Shown here piece by piece: positions 50,059 to 60,038 of a stretch of DNA of 64,000 nt (position 1 is the stretch's first letter; every line of letters starts with the position of its first letter). The position numbers were made by a program, and so were the translations under genes. Under the pieces are notes generated by a model. It had not been told where the DNA came from, ran no database searches, and saw only the letters and a program-made list of their open reading frames with translations. Source of the DNA: Polyangiales bacterium. Lineage in GTDB: Bacteria > Myxococcota_A > Polyangia > Polyangiales > Polyangiaceae. The stretch spans positions 160,001 to 224,000 of the forward strand of contig JBBRNJ010000001.1 of the NCBI GenBank assembly GCA_038230375.1, written 5' to 3'.

Positions 50059-51336
50059 TCACCAGCGACCGAACGCGGGCCCCCAGGCGTCCGCGCTCGC
50101 ACCGAAGCTCTTCCCCGGCATCTTGCACGCGCAGTGGGTGTAGGCGCCACTCGGGCTGCAAGCGTAGCTTGCTGGTTGGTTCTTCTCGTAAACGTCGGCG
50201 AGCGCAGAGACAAGGCGTGCGGTCTGTGCGGCCACAGCGGCCTCCTCGGTCTTGTTGCCCGCCGACACGATGGGCACCCACGCGAACGCGAGCTTCGCCG
50301 CGCCCGATGTGGGGTGGGATTTTTGCCAGCTCCGCGCCGCATAGACCTGGAGCGAGAGGAGGTCCTGCATCTGATCGGATGTGATGCGGTTGTCGCCATA
50401 GCCGACGTCCGCATTCCACGCACCGTTCAGCCAGGGCACAAAGGTCTTCGCCAGGAACGTCCGCGCTGCCTCTGCTCCTGCGGGTCCGACCGCGGCGAGG
50501 CGCGGCAGATGATTGACGTAGCTGTTCACGCGTGCGGCCCGCGCGGCCACCGTGTCGTTCGCGTCGTTCGAGCAGACGTCGTGGGCATCCGCATAGACCT
50601 CTTCGCCCCACCACCGTACGTACGGCCGGATGCCGTTCCAGAAGCCTTCGTCGAGGATGAGGTCCTCCATGTTCGCGTGATGCACGGGAATGCTCTGCGC
50701 GTTCGACGGCGTCTGCGGCACGCCGACACGGACGACACCGCCCATCTTGCTCGGCACGGTTCCATCGCCGTCGGTGAGGCCCTTGACGAGGCCGACGACA
50801 TTGCCGCGGACAGCATGTCTGTCGACGCCGGCCTTCGGCGTCATGAGCGTCGACGGGAGCTCTTGAACCACCCACGTGTCACTCGTGCCGGGGTGAATGT
50901 CGAAGCCGAGGTCCTTCATCTCCGCGCGGAATCGCTCTCCGGCCTTCTGCCAATCGCCGGGGGTCGCGGACGCGGGAAGCTGCGACTCCCACGCGCCGTG
51001 ATTGAACTGCGCGACCGCATGGAAGTTCGACCCGAGCTTGTGAATCTGGGCGATCTCGGCCTTCACGTTGGGCTCGAACTTCGTCTTGTCCAAAACCAGG
51101 TTGGGGAGCACCACGTAGTACTGCGTGCACGGGAGGTTGGGCGTGAGCCCCTTCGCGATGGGCATGAGCGAGTCGCGCGAGGACCAGAGGAAGATCTCCG
51201 CAGGGCTCGTGCACGACGCGAGATCATCTCCTTCGGAGGCCACATGCTCCTCCGTGACGTCGGGTCCGCATGCAGGCGCGACTGCGATGCAGAGGCACCC
51301 CATGAACTGCGCCGCCCGTCCAAGCCAGCTTCCCAT
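50059..51336 (-). CDS. Hypothetical lipoprotein
   Basis: Lipobox APAC, acidic linker EGDDLAS. Confidence 0.65.
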   Translation of the reverse strand: MGSWLGRAAQFMGCLCIAVAPACGPDVTEEHVASEGDDLASCTSPAEIFLWSSRDSLMPIAKGLTPNLPCTQYYVVLPNLVLDKTKFEPNVKAEIAQIHKLGSNFHAVAQFNHGAWESQLPASATPGDWQKAGERFRAEMKDLGFDIHPGTSDTWVVQELPSTLMTPKAGVDRHAVRGNVVGLVKGLTDGDGTVPSKMGGVVRVGVPQTPSNAQSIPVHHANMEDLILDEGFWNGIRPYVRWWGEEVYADAHDVCSNDANDTVAARAARVNSYVNHLPRLAAVGPAGAEAARTFLAKTFVPWLNGAWNADVGYGDNRITSDQMQDLLSLQVYAARSWQKSHPTSGAAKLAFAWVPIVSAGNKTEEAAVAAQTARLVSALADVYEKNQPASYACSPSGAYTHCACKMPGKSFGASADAWGPAFGRW

Positions 51337-51500
51337 GTCGTTCTTGGTCGCAATAGTCGGACCGTCGCGAGGTCACGACATATCAACCAGTTGTCGGTCG
51401 TCGTGTTGCGTGCGTGAGACAATCAAGCCGCGCGCCCTGGATCGCGGGCGAACCGGTTGGATCCGGACCAACCCGTCCGAACGCACCTGCATTCACCCGC

Positions 51501-53372
51501 CTATTTGCACCAGGTGTCGCGCATCGACTTTGCGTTCAGGTCGATGATGTTCTGGCTGATGTTCTTGACCTTGAGCGTGGAGCGCTGGAGGCGCTCGCCC
51601 TCGTCGCACTTGCCCGCAAGCATCAGGCAGAGCACGCGCGTTGACGCGTAGCCCGAGCTGGCGTTGGTCGACTTCATCGCAGGGTCTGACTGCAGGCGGT
51701 CGAACGTGTCCATGTCGGCCACGCAGCTGCCATCCTTCTTCGCCACCTTCGCGGACGCCGCCGTGTGGGCTGCAGTCGCCGCTTCGCGATTCGCGGCGGT
51801 GCTGGCTTGTGCGACTGCCACGGGGTCTGCACCCAGCGCGTCCTTGCAGCGCGGCACGCTGGTGTTGAAGCTGGCGCGCATGTACGGCTCGGTGCCGGTC
51901 ACGGGATGGCCGTTGGTCTGACCGATCAGGACCTGGCCCTTCTTGTATGCGTCGAATGCGCTGGGGCAGTCACCGGCCTTCGCGAAGCACGCCGGGCCGT
52001 AGTGGGCGACGAAGTGCTGCGGGTCGGTCATCATCACGTCGTCCTCGTCCTTCGCCTTCACGGTCGACATGAGGCGAACGATCGTGTCCATGTTCTCCTT
52101 GCAGACCTGCGGCTCCTTCTTGCTGTTCGACGCCTCCATCAGCGTGGCGCGCGCCTTGAGGATCTGATCGCGTGGCGTGAGGGAACCGCCCTGGCACCAC
52201 CTACTGGCCATGGCGTCTGTCGCTGTGTCGATGCGCTCCGGGCTCGTGTCACCCCAGCTCTTCATGGCCTGACGGCGCCAGAGCGTCTTGCCGGCCGTGC
52301 ACTGGCCCGACACCATGAGGCACTGCGCGCGGATGACTGCGGTGTAGCCGCCCTCTGCGTTCGTGGAGAGGCCTGCGGGCCGCGGGTCCAGGCGGTCGTG
52401 CTGATCGAGATCCGAGATGCAGCCCTTGCCGTCCTTCGCATTCATCTTCACTGCAGCGGACTGCATGAGCGCGAGCGCCTTCTTCTCGCGGTCCGTCTCT
52501 GCCTTCAGCTTGCCCGCCAGGTTGAGCGACTCCGGGGTCTCCTCTGCCTGCGCCGCCTTGCCGTCCGGGTTTCCGCCATCGGTGACCGGACGGAGGGAGA
52601 GACGAATGGGCACCTTGCAGGTGTCGACCTCGCGCGCGCTGTCGCCTGCGCATGCAGATAGATCGCCGCCCCTCTTGTCCGCCTGTGTGGTGGACGACTT
52701 CTTCGCGCCGGCGCCGAAGCCGAAGTAGCTACCGCCGACCTCGCCGGCAAGCTTGCTCTTGGATGCAAGCGCGAACGCGCCCAGGTTGTAGCCGTACACG
52801 AAGTGCGTGGCCTCTGCGCATGCTGGGTTCTTCGAGAGGTCGCCCTTGTAGATCTTGTCGCGCGTCGAGTTGCGGGTGCCGCTGACGTAGTACTCCATGT
52901 GGAACTTCTCGCCGCTCTCGACGCGTGGAGCCAGCGTTGCGGCGCCGAGCGGAAGCTTCGCGTAGAGCTCGCCTTCATTCGCAACGTCCACGCTCTCCAC
53001 ACCACCGGACGTCCACGTGATGGGTTTGTACGCGCCGTAGGCACCCTTCATCGCGTCGTCCTTGCAGCCGTCCAGGACGTGCAGCTCGCATCCTTCGTAC
53101 TTCACCATGATGACGTCGCTGTCGCTGAAGGACTGGAACGACGACATGTCCGTTGCGTCCCACTCGATGATGAACGGTCGGGTGTGGTTCGCCGGGTCGC
53201 ACTTGTTCTTGCCAGCGAACGTCTTGCTCATCAACTTGCTCTGGCTGATCTCCGCGTCGTTCGGACCAGAGGCCGGCTTGCCGTTTCCCCCTCCACACGC
53301 TGCCGCGAAGAGCGACGCGAACGCGGTGACGGAGAAAGCGACAAGGGCCCGAGAGCGAGTGAGTTGCGTCAT
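51501..53372 (-). CDS. Lipoprotein with duplicated Cys-containing helical C-terminal module
   Basis: Lipobox AAAC; KDGKGCISDLD…STNA…CLMVSGQC repeated as KDGSCVADMD…STNA…CLMLAGKC. Confidence 0.7.
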   Translation of the reverse strand: MTQLTRSRALVAFSVTAFASLFAAACGGGNGKPASGPNDAEISQSKLMSKTFAGKNKCDPANHTRPFIIEWDATDMSSFQSFSDSDVIMVKYEGCELHVLDGCKDDAMKGAYGAYKPITWTSGGVESVDVANEGELYAKLPLGAATLAPRVESGEKFHMEYYVSGTRNSTRDKIYKGDLSKNPACAEATHFVYGYNLGAFALASKSKLAGEVGGSYFGFGAGAKKSSTTQADKRGGDLSACAGDSAREVDTCKVPIRLSLRPVTDGGNPDGKAAQAEETPESLNLAGKLKAETDREKKALALMQSAAVKMNAKDGKGCISDLDQHDRLDPRPAGLSTNAEGGYTAVIRAQCLMVSGQCTAGKTLWRRQAMKSWGDTSPERIDTATDAMASRWCQGGSLTPRDQILKARATLMEASNSKKEPQVCKENMDTIVRLMSTVKAKDEDDVMMTDPQHFVAHYGPACFAKAGDCPSAFDAYKKGQVLIGQTNGHPVTGTEPYMRASFNTSVPRCKDALGADPVAVAQASTAANREAATAAHTAASAKVAKKDGSCVADMDTFDRLQSDPAMKSTNASSGYASTRVLCLMLAGKCDEGERLQRSTLKVKNISQNIIDLNAKSMRDTWCK

Positions 53373-53386
53373 GGTGCCCGCCCCCG

Positions 53387-53402
53387 AGCAAGAGCCCTGC
53401 CA
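53387..53402 (-). promoter_or_regulatory. Sigma54 promoter
   Basis: Minus strand TGGCAGGGCTCTTGCT = GG-N10-GC, near consensus. Confidence 0.6.
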
Positions 53403-53443
53403 CCCCCCAAATCGCGCCAATTTCAGCCCCCGCCGCCACCCGC

Positions 53444-53491
53444 CGGAAAACAATTTCCGCGCCCCGCAAGCCAACCGGAAAGAACTTTCCG
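53444..53491. promoter_or_regulatory. Two perfect palindromes CGGAAA-N4-TTTCCG (candidate enhancer-binding-protein sites)
   Basis: 53444-53459 and 53476-53491, 32 bp apart. Confidence 0.6.
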
Positions 53492-53503
53492 CGGCCCAAC
53501 CGA

Positions 53504-53667
53504 AGACGACCTCGACCTCGACCTCGACCACGACCACGACTTCGACTTCGACCTCGACGACGACATCGACATCGACCTCGACATCGACCTCGACATCGAC
53601 CTCGACTTCGACCTCGACTTCGACCTTGACCTCGACGACGACTTCGGCTTCGACCGCGACGACTTCG
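53504..53667. repeat. Hexanucleotide microsatellite (CGACCT/CGACTT/CGACAT)n, ~27 units
   Basis: Directly visible tandem repeat in an intergenic region. Confidence 0.9.
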
Positions 53668-53865
53668 GAAGCCAGACGGCTGGTGCGTCAGAGCAGTCGC
53701 CTCAGCCCGCACCTCGTCGCGAAAGCGACGTTGGCGATAGCCAAGGCGGGGAGGCTCGTCGGCGGAGCCGATGAGGGACCGTCAGGTCCACGCGACAAAA
53801 GAAGCCGATCGAGGCGACCCAAAAAGCCACCTCGATCCAGCCCAAAAACAACCTCGTACGCGGAT

Positions 53866-55176
53866 CTACGGCGAGCCGATCATGATGGGCATGTAGTGGT
53901 TCACGCCGTTGGAAGTGGAGACGATGGAGAGGAGCTCACCCTTCGTCTTGCCCTGCACGTTGGCCGTCACCGTGAGGTACGCCTTCTTGCCGTTCGCGCC
54001 AGAGGTCACGTCGAGCGAGAGGGTGAGGCGACCCTTCTGCGAGGTCCCCAGAGCGCCGCCCTCGACGGCCTTGATGGTCCAGTCCGCCATCTTGGCGTCG
54101 CTGTAGAAGCCAAGCGGGATGGTCTTGGTCTGACCGACCGGGATCTTGTAGCCCTTCGTCTTCTGCTTGCTGCCGCCCACGGCGCTGAGGTCCAGGTCGA
54201 TCGTCTCGAGGTCGAGCGGCGTCACGTTGAAGTACGTAGCATGCGCTGCCGGGACGCACGGATCGTGACCGGCCTTCGCTGACGCGTTCGACCACTGGCG
54301 CTGCACGACGAACGGGAAGTCCGTGGACGACGACATGGTGGAGTCACGATAGAACTCGCACGCGTCGCCGGTCTCGCTCTGGAACTGCTGGAAGAAATCC
54401 CATGCGACGTGATCGTTGTCGAAGCCGACGTACGCAGGGTTCGTCTGCGGGTAGGGATCCGTGACGGCCTCCACCAGCTCGTGCGATGCGGAGAGCGTGG
54501 TCTCGCCGAAGCCGGCGCCGCCGCACTGCGGGACAATCGCGTACGCGACGTCCTTGCCGTTGACGGTGGCGTTGCTGTGGTAGCCACCAACGCCCTGGCT
54601 ACACGCGTCCGATCCCTGGAGGATGAGGCTCGTGGTCGGCGCGAGGTAGAGGATGTACACGACGTCGCCAGTAGGCGCGGGCCAGCCGGACATCGGGTCG
54701 CCGACGTTCTTCACGACGAGTGCCTCGAGCTCGGTGTCAGCAAGGGTCGCAGGCGCGTCGGTGGTGATGCGGACGTGATGCGCGGCGCCACTGGTCGACG
54801 ACGACACGCCGTACTCGCTGGTGGTCGCCTTCCAGAAGGCCGTGGGTCCGAGCTCGTCGGCGAACTGCTCGAACTTGTCTGCGTTCGGGTCGCTGGACCA
54901 CGTGACCGTGGTGATCACCGGATTCGTGAGTACGGGCCCGCCGTTGTTCACGACCTGGCCAACCTCCGGGGTGAAGGCTGGGTACTTCTCGCTCGGCGCG
55001 CCGTGATCCGGTGCGGGGGTGGGGGTCGGTGTGGGTGTGGTCGAGCCGCCGCTTGTGGGGTCGGGGGTCGTCCCCGTCGTGTTGGCGTTGGGATCCGAGG
55101 TGGACGAGGTGGACCCACCGCAAGCGGCGATCACACCAGCAGCAACAACCAGGAACAGCGAGGAAACGGCTTTCAT
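53866..55176 (-). CDS. Lipoprotein, EXORDIUM/Phi-1-like
   Basis: Lipobox IAAC, PT linker, NNGGPVL, GGYH, SHELVEAVTDP. Confidence 0.65.
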   Translation of the reverse strand: MKAVSSLFLVVAAGVIAACGGSTSSTSDPNANTTGTTPDPTSGGSTTPTPTPTPAPDHGAPSEKYPAFTPEVGQVVNNGGPVLTNPVITTVTWSSDPNADKFEQFADELGPTAFWKATTSEYGVSSSTSGAAHHVRITTDAPATLADTELEALVVKNVGDPMSGWPAPTGDVVYILYLAPTTSLILQGSDACSQGVGGYHSNATVNGKDVAYAIVPQCGGAGFGETTLSASHELVEAVTDPYPQTNPAYVGFDNDHVAWDFFQQFQSETGDACEFYRDSTMSSSTDFPFVVQRQWSNASAKAGHDPCVPAAHATYFNVTPLDLETIDLDLSAVGGSKQKTKGYKIPVGQTKTIPLGFYSDAKMADWTIKAVEGGALGTSQKGRLTLSLDVTSGANGKKAYLTVTANVQGKTKGELLSIVSTSNGVNHYMPIMIGSP

Positions 55177-55342
55177 TGGCGCGCAAACTAGCAGCGCCGC
55201 AGTCCGTGTCCTGTGCCGCGTTTCGAGCACATCGTTGCCTGCTCGGAAAACGCAGTGCGTCGTTTTGTGGCCCAGACGGAAACAATCACTGAGGGTGTGC
55301 TTTCACCGGTGACGAAACCTGCGCGCCTATCGGTCGACAAGC

Positions 55343-56248
55343 TCACCTTCTTACATACACCGACACCGATCGCTCGCCCACGTCCTCCCAATAGTCGACG
55401 AGCGCGGAGATCACGTCGTCGCCGTGGGCGCGCACCACGCCGGTGATCTTCTCCATCTGCGCACGCAAGAGGTCGCGCTCCTCGTGGGTGTGGTTGACGA
55501 TCAAGAGCACGCCGCCATCGGCGAGGATCGACACGGCGTGGGCGAGCAGCGCCTCTGGTCTGTACTCGCTCACGGGCAAGCCCCATCGCAGCAACGCAAA
55601 GCGAGTCACGAACGGGTAGAAGATCGTCACCAACGTTGCGGGCACTCCGGGCGTGAGCTCCAGGAAGTCCTGCACGCAGTAACGGGCGGTGGTGCCTGCG
55701 AGTGCGGCCCACGCAGCTGCGTGATCTGCGCGCGAGCGGAGATCCTTGTAGACTACATGTCCGTCGATCTCCACGCCGGTCAGCGCGGGCGGCCCCTCCG
55801 ACCAGTGCTCCGCGAATGCGAAGAGCGCTGGCGCGTAGACGAAGTCCTTGCTGCCCACATCCACGACGGAGGCGGCCTTCACGCGGGTGAGCTGCGCGGT
55901 CGCGTGCCTGTCGAGCAGGTCCAGCACGTACAGGTTCTCTCTCATCGCAACGCGCGTGGAGTGCTCGCGCAGACGCGTGAGACCGTAGGCATGCACGAGC
56001 TCCTCGGCCCGTGCCTCAGCCTTCATCCGCGCCGCGCCTTCCAGGTATGCGAACAGCGCGTCCTTCGGCTCGTTCGGCAGCGTGGGTGCGCCGCGCGAGA
56101 ACCCGAGCGCTCGCCGCAGCGCAAACCGAACGCGATTGACCGGCGCGAACGCGACCGTGAGCGCGCTGATGTCCATCACACGATCACCGAGCCACGCACG
56201 CAGCACCAGGATGGCGACGAGCGCGCCCGCGAGGACGTACAGGGTCAT
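55343..56248 (-). CDS. Class I SAM-dependent methyltransferase-like protein
   Basis: VVDVGS, TGVEID, GGVLLIV motifs. Confidence 0.6.
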   Translation of the reverse strand: MTLYVLAGALVAILVLRAWLGDRVMDISALTVAFAPVNRVRFALRRALGFSRGAPTLPNEPKDALFAYLEGAARMKAEARAEELVHAYGLTRLREHSTRVAMRENLYVLDLLDRHATAQLTRVKAASVVDVGSKDFVYAPALFAFAEHWSEGPPALTGVEIDGHVVYKDLRSRADHAAAWAALAGTTARYCVQDFLELTPGVPATLVTIFYPFVTRFALLRWGLPVSEYRPEALLAHAVSILADGGVLLIVNHTHEERDLLRAQMEKITGVVRAHGDDVISALVDYWEDVGERSVSVYVRR

Positions 56249-56265
56249 GCGTCGGCTCGAAGCCC

Positions 56266-58731
56266 CTACATCTTCACGCGCGCGGACGTCGGATCGTAGA
56301 GCGGCTTCATGGAGAGCGACGCGGGGTAGAGCTTCCCCGCGATCTCCACCTCCCACGTTCCTTTCTCCAGGTACGCAGAGTCCACCACGTCCGTGCCGCC
56401 TTCGATCATGGCAAGGCCCACGGCGCCGCCCACGGTGAAGCCATAGGACGCAGCGCGGATATAACCCTTCGGCTTTCCGTCGCGCCGGATCACCTCTGCG
56501 TGGAACATGAGCGGCTTCGGATCGCCGAGCTTCACCTGCACGATGCGGCGCTTCAGCGGGCCCTCCGCCTTCTTCGCCACCACGGCGTCCTTGCCAATGA
56601 AGCCGTCCGGCTTCTTCAGATCGACCGCGAAGCCAAGGCCAGCCTCCAGCACGGAGTCCGTGTTGTCGATGTCGTGACCGTAGTCGCGGTAGCCCTTCTC
56701 CATGCGGAGGCTGGCGAGAGCCTTCAGGCCGGCGTGGCGCAGACCCACGTCCTTGCCGGCCGCCGTGATGCGATCGTAGACGTGCGTCGCTTGCTCGGCA
56801 GGCACGTAGAGCTCGTAGCCAAGCTCACCCAGATACGTGATGCGCACGCAGAGCGCGCGCGCGAAGCCAATGTCTATTTCCTTCGCTGCGCGGAACGGGA
56901 AGGCCTCGTTTGCCAGGTCGGTACCGGTGATTTTCTGGAGCAGCTCGCGCGAGCGCGGGCCCTGCACGTTGATCTGCGCGTAGCCCGACGTCACGTCCGA
57001 CACGAAGGCGTGCGCGTTCGCCTCTGCGATGTGGCGCTTCATCCACGTGTGCACATGGCGGTGCGCGGTGTCGCTGGCGACTACCCAGTACCGATCCTCG
57101 TCGAGCTTGGTGACAGTGAGGTCCGCCTCGAGCTTGCCCAGGTGATTGAGCCACTGCGTGTACGTGATCATCCCGTCGTGGGTGGCCACGTCGTTCGCGG
57201 AGATCTGGTTCAGGATGCGTCCGGCGTCTCTCCCCTCGACCAGGAACTTCGCCATGAACGACATGTCCATGAGGATGACGCCCTCGCGGCAGGCCTTGTG
57301 CTCCGCCTCCCAGTAGGAGAACCAGTGGCCGCGTCCCCACGTGAGATTCGGTGTCTCCACAGGCTCGCCCTTCGGCGTGTACCAGTCCGCGCCCTCCCAG
57401 CCGCTGACGTCCTTGAAGTACGCGCCCTCTGCCGCGAGGCGGTCGTAGATGGGGGACTTCTTGGAACCGCGTGCAGTCTGCATGGATCGCGTGGGATAGT
57501 GGCACTGGTAGACCATGCCCAGCGACTCCACCGTGCGCGTGCGCCGGTACTCCGGGTTCGCCTGGTAGGTGTGCAGGCGGTCGATGTTCATGCCCGTCAC
57601 GTCCATGTCGGGCCGGCCGTTGATTATCCAGTGCGCGAGCATGCGCCCCAGGCCACCGCCCGTGAGGATGCCGATCGAGTTGAGGCCCGCGGCCACGAAG
57701 TAGTTCTTCAGCTCTGGCGACTCACCGACGACGGGCGCGAGATCCGGGGTGAAGCTCTCCGGTCCACAGAAGAACTTCTTCACGCCGACCTCGAGCGCGA
57801 TCGGCACGCGGCTCATCGCGCGCTCCACGTAGGGCCCCATGCGATCCCAGTCCGGCGTGATCTCGCCGAACGAGAAATCCTGCGGGATTCCTTCCACGCG
57901 CCATGGCGCGCAGATCGGCTCGAAGAGGCCGATCATCAACCCGCCGACCTCTTCGCGGTAGTAGCCGTGGCGCGCGGGATCCTCCAGCACGGGGAACGAC
58001 TGCGAGAGCCCGGGGACCTTGTCCGTGATCAGATAGTAGTGCTCGGCCGCCTGGAGCGGGATGTTCACGCCCGACAGCGCGCCCAGCTCACGCGCCCACA
58101 TGCCTGCGCAGTTGACGACCACGTCGCACGTGATCTCGCCGTAGGGGGTGACCACCGCGGACACGGCGCCGTTCTTCTTCTTCACGCCGAGCGCGGGCAC
58201 GTTCTCCAGGATGGTGGCGCCCTGCATGCGCGCGCCCTTCGCGAGCGCCATGGTGGCGTCCACGGGGTTCGCGCGGCCGTCCTCCTTCACGTAGAAGCCC
58301 GCGAGGAGATCATCGGTTTCCGCCAGAGGGAACAGATCCTTGATCTCCTTCGGCGAGATCTCGTGCACGTCCACGCCGCAGTAGCGGTTGAACGCAGACA
58401 CGCGGCGGTACTCCTCGAGCCGATCCTCGTCGCCTGCGACCTCGATGAAGCCCACGGGCAAGAAGCCGCTGGTGAGCCCCGTCTCCGCCTCGAGACGCGT
58501 GTAGAGATCGCGCGTGTACTTTCGCATCTCCGTGGAGGTCTCGCTCGTGGAGCCGAACGTGACCATGAGGCCGGCGGCGTGCCACGTGGTGCCCGACGTG
58601 AGCTTGTCGCGCTCGAGCAGGACCACGTCCTTCACGCCCATGTGAGCCAGGTGGTACGCGACGCTGGTGCCGATGATGCCGCCGCCGATGACGACGACGC
58701 GCGCTTGCGAAGGAATCTTGGGCTCGCTCAT
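56266..58731 (-). CDS. GcvT-family FAD-dependent oxidoreductase (dimethylglycine/sarcosine dehydrogenase-like)
   Basis: GGGIIG FAD motif, SGTTWHAAG, GPESFTPD, GELGYEL, LRMEKGY. Confidence 0.92.
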   Translation of the reverse strand: MSEPKIPSQARVVVIGGGIIGTSVAYHLAHMGVKDVVLLERDKLTSGTTWHAAGLMVTFGSTSETSTEMRKYTRDLYTRLEAETGLTSGFLPVGFIEVAGDEDRLEEYRRVSAFNRYCGVDVHEISPKEIKDLFPLAETDDLLAGFYVKEDGRANPVDATMALAKGARMQGATILENVPALGVKKKNGAVSAVVTPYGEITCDVVVNCAGMWARELGALSGVNIPLQAAEHYYLITDKVPGLSQSFPVLEDPARHGYYREEVGGLMIGLFEPICAPWRVEGIPQDFSFGEITPDWDRMGPYVERAMSRVPIALEVGVKKFFCGPESFTPDLAPVVGESPELKNYFVAAGLNSIGILTGGGLGRMLAHWIINGRPDMDVTGMNIDRLHTYQANPEYRRTRTVESLGMVYQCHYPTRSMQTARGSKKSPIYDRLAAEGAYFKDVSGWEGADWYTPKGEPVETPNLTWGRGHWFSYWEAEHKACREGVILMDMSFMAKFLVEGRDAGRILNQISANDVATHDGMITYTQWLNHLGKLEADLTVTKLDEDRYWVVASDTAHRHVHTWMKRHIAEANAHAFVSDVTSGYAQINVQGPRSRELLQKITGTDLANEAFPFRAAKEIDIGFARALCVRITYLGELGYELYVPAEQATHVYDRITAAGKDVGLRHAGLKALASLRMEKGYRDYGHDIDNTDSVLEAGLGFAVDLKKPDGFIGKDAVVAKKAEGPLKRRIVQVKLGDPKPLMFHAEVIRRDGKPKGYIRAASYGFTVGGAVGLAMIEGGTDVVDSAYLEKGTWEVEIAGKLYPASLSMKPLYDPTSARVKM

Positions 58732-58733
58732 GC

Positions 58734-59951
58734 TCAGTCCTTCCGGCAAAGCGGCGCGCCTTCACTCTTCGCGCCAGCGAAGGCGGCACACTCGTGATCG
58801 CCGGAGGAGACCGCGGCGTGCGCGCTGTTCTTGAAGGTGATGTTCGCCACCGAAAGGCCTTTTGCGTCCTTCACGTTCCAGCCATAGAACGTGATGGCGG
58901 CCGAGGAGGAGTTGCCCTCGCCTGCGTACTCGATGGTGGCTCCCTTGAGATCCACGACGCTCGCGTGCTGGTAGATGAAGATGCCCGACCAGTCGCCCAC
59001 GTTCGGGGTCGCGTTCGAGCTGGTGAAGGTGACGCCAGGCGCGACCAGGCTGCCGCCGCTCTTGTCGCCAACGCCAAAGTAGTGCCCGCCAGAGACCTTC
59101 ACGATCGTGCCGGGAGCAATGGAAAGCTTGGGTGCGGAGCGCTCCCCCTGGATGTTGATGTTGTCGTCCACGATCACGGGGACGCCGAACGCGGGCCATG
59201 TCGTGTCTTCGTCCACCTCACCTCGCGCGACGATCGGGTCGGAGAAGACATTGCCTGCGCCGACCGTGCCGAGCACCTTGGCGTGCGCGATGAGCGAAGT
59301 CTTGTTCTTCTCGAACTTGTTGCCAGTGAACTTGGCGAAGCCGCCCTTGCTGCTGTCGTTGGTGATCGCGGCCTGGTCGTTGTTGGAGAACGTGCAGTTC
59401 ACGACGGACACGCGCCCAGCAGAGTGTTGATCGCGGATGTCGAGCACGGCGTGCCCATCGTTGACAGTGGCACCGCCGTACTCGAACTTCACGTGCTCGA
59501 ACGTGGTGCCCGCGCCTGTCTTGTCCATCAGGAAGACTGCCGACCAGTCGCCGGGCGCGCGCGTGGCGTTCCCTGACGTGAAGACGATGGGCTCCTTTTC
59601 GGTGCCCTTCGCGACGATCTTTCCGTCCGAGAGCTGGACGTAGATTCCCTGCGACATGACCATCTTCACGCCCGGCTCGATGATGAGCGTGCCGTTCTCG
59701 GTGATGTTGATGTGGTTCGTGACCTTCACGGTGCAACCCTTCTTCAGCGTGACGGTCCCCTTCAGGTCGCCTTCCGGGAGCGTGCATCCAGAAGCGTTCA
59801 CTGGCTTGTCCGTCTCTGCAGGAGCCGAACCTCCGCCGGTGCCGGTGCCGCTGTTCGTCTCGGTCGTCCCGGGGTCGTCCTTCTTCTTGAGAAGACCGCA
59901 ACCGGTGATGAGCGAGAGCGTGATCAGGCTGACGATGATGCGCGTTTTCAT
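58734..59951 (-). CDS. Lipoprotein with right-handed parallel beta-helix repeats
   Basis: Lipobox ITGC; duplicated FTSxNxxxxxGDWSxxF…EY(G/A)G modules. Confidence 0.75.
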   Translation of the reverse strand: MKTRIIVSLITLSLITGCGLLKKKDDPGTTETNSGTGTGGGSAPAETDKPVNASGCTLPEGDLKGTVTLKKGCTVKVTNHINITENGTLIIEPGVKMVMSQGIYVQLSDGKIVAKGTEKEPIVFTSGNATRAPGDWSAVFLMDKTGAGTTFEHVKFEYGGATVNDGHAVLDIRDQHSAGRVSVVNCTFSNNDQAAITNDSSKGGFAKFTGNKFEKNKTSLIAHAKVLGTVGAGNVFSDPIVARGEVDEDTTWPAFGVPVIVDDNINIQGERSAPKLSIAPGTIVKVSGGHYFGVGDKSGGSLVAPGVTFTSSNATPNVGDWSGIFIYQHASVVDLKGATIEYAGEGNSSSAAITFYGWNVKDAKGLSVANITFKNSAHAAVSSGDHECAAFAGAKSEGAPLCRKD

Positions 59952-60038
59952 GGACCCGCGAGTCTTTCCGGAGCGGAACAAAACGTCAAGCACGAGACTT
60001 CCCCGGCGGGCTTTCGCTGCCTCTATCCTCCCTTCGTG

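Noticed and set aside
53504..53667. Possible CRISPR array (also 63072-63177)
   Set aside because: Period-6 tandem repeats with no unique spacers and no cas genes.
53062..54282. 406-aa ORF with a poly-(TS) tract
   Set aside because: It is the translation of the intergenic microsatellite plus the antisense of two real genes.
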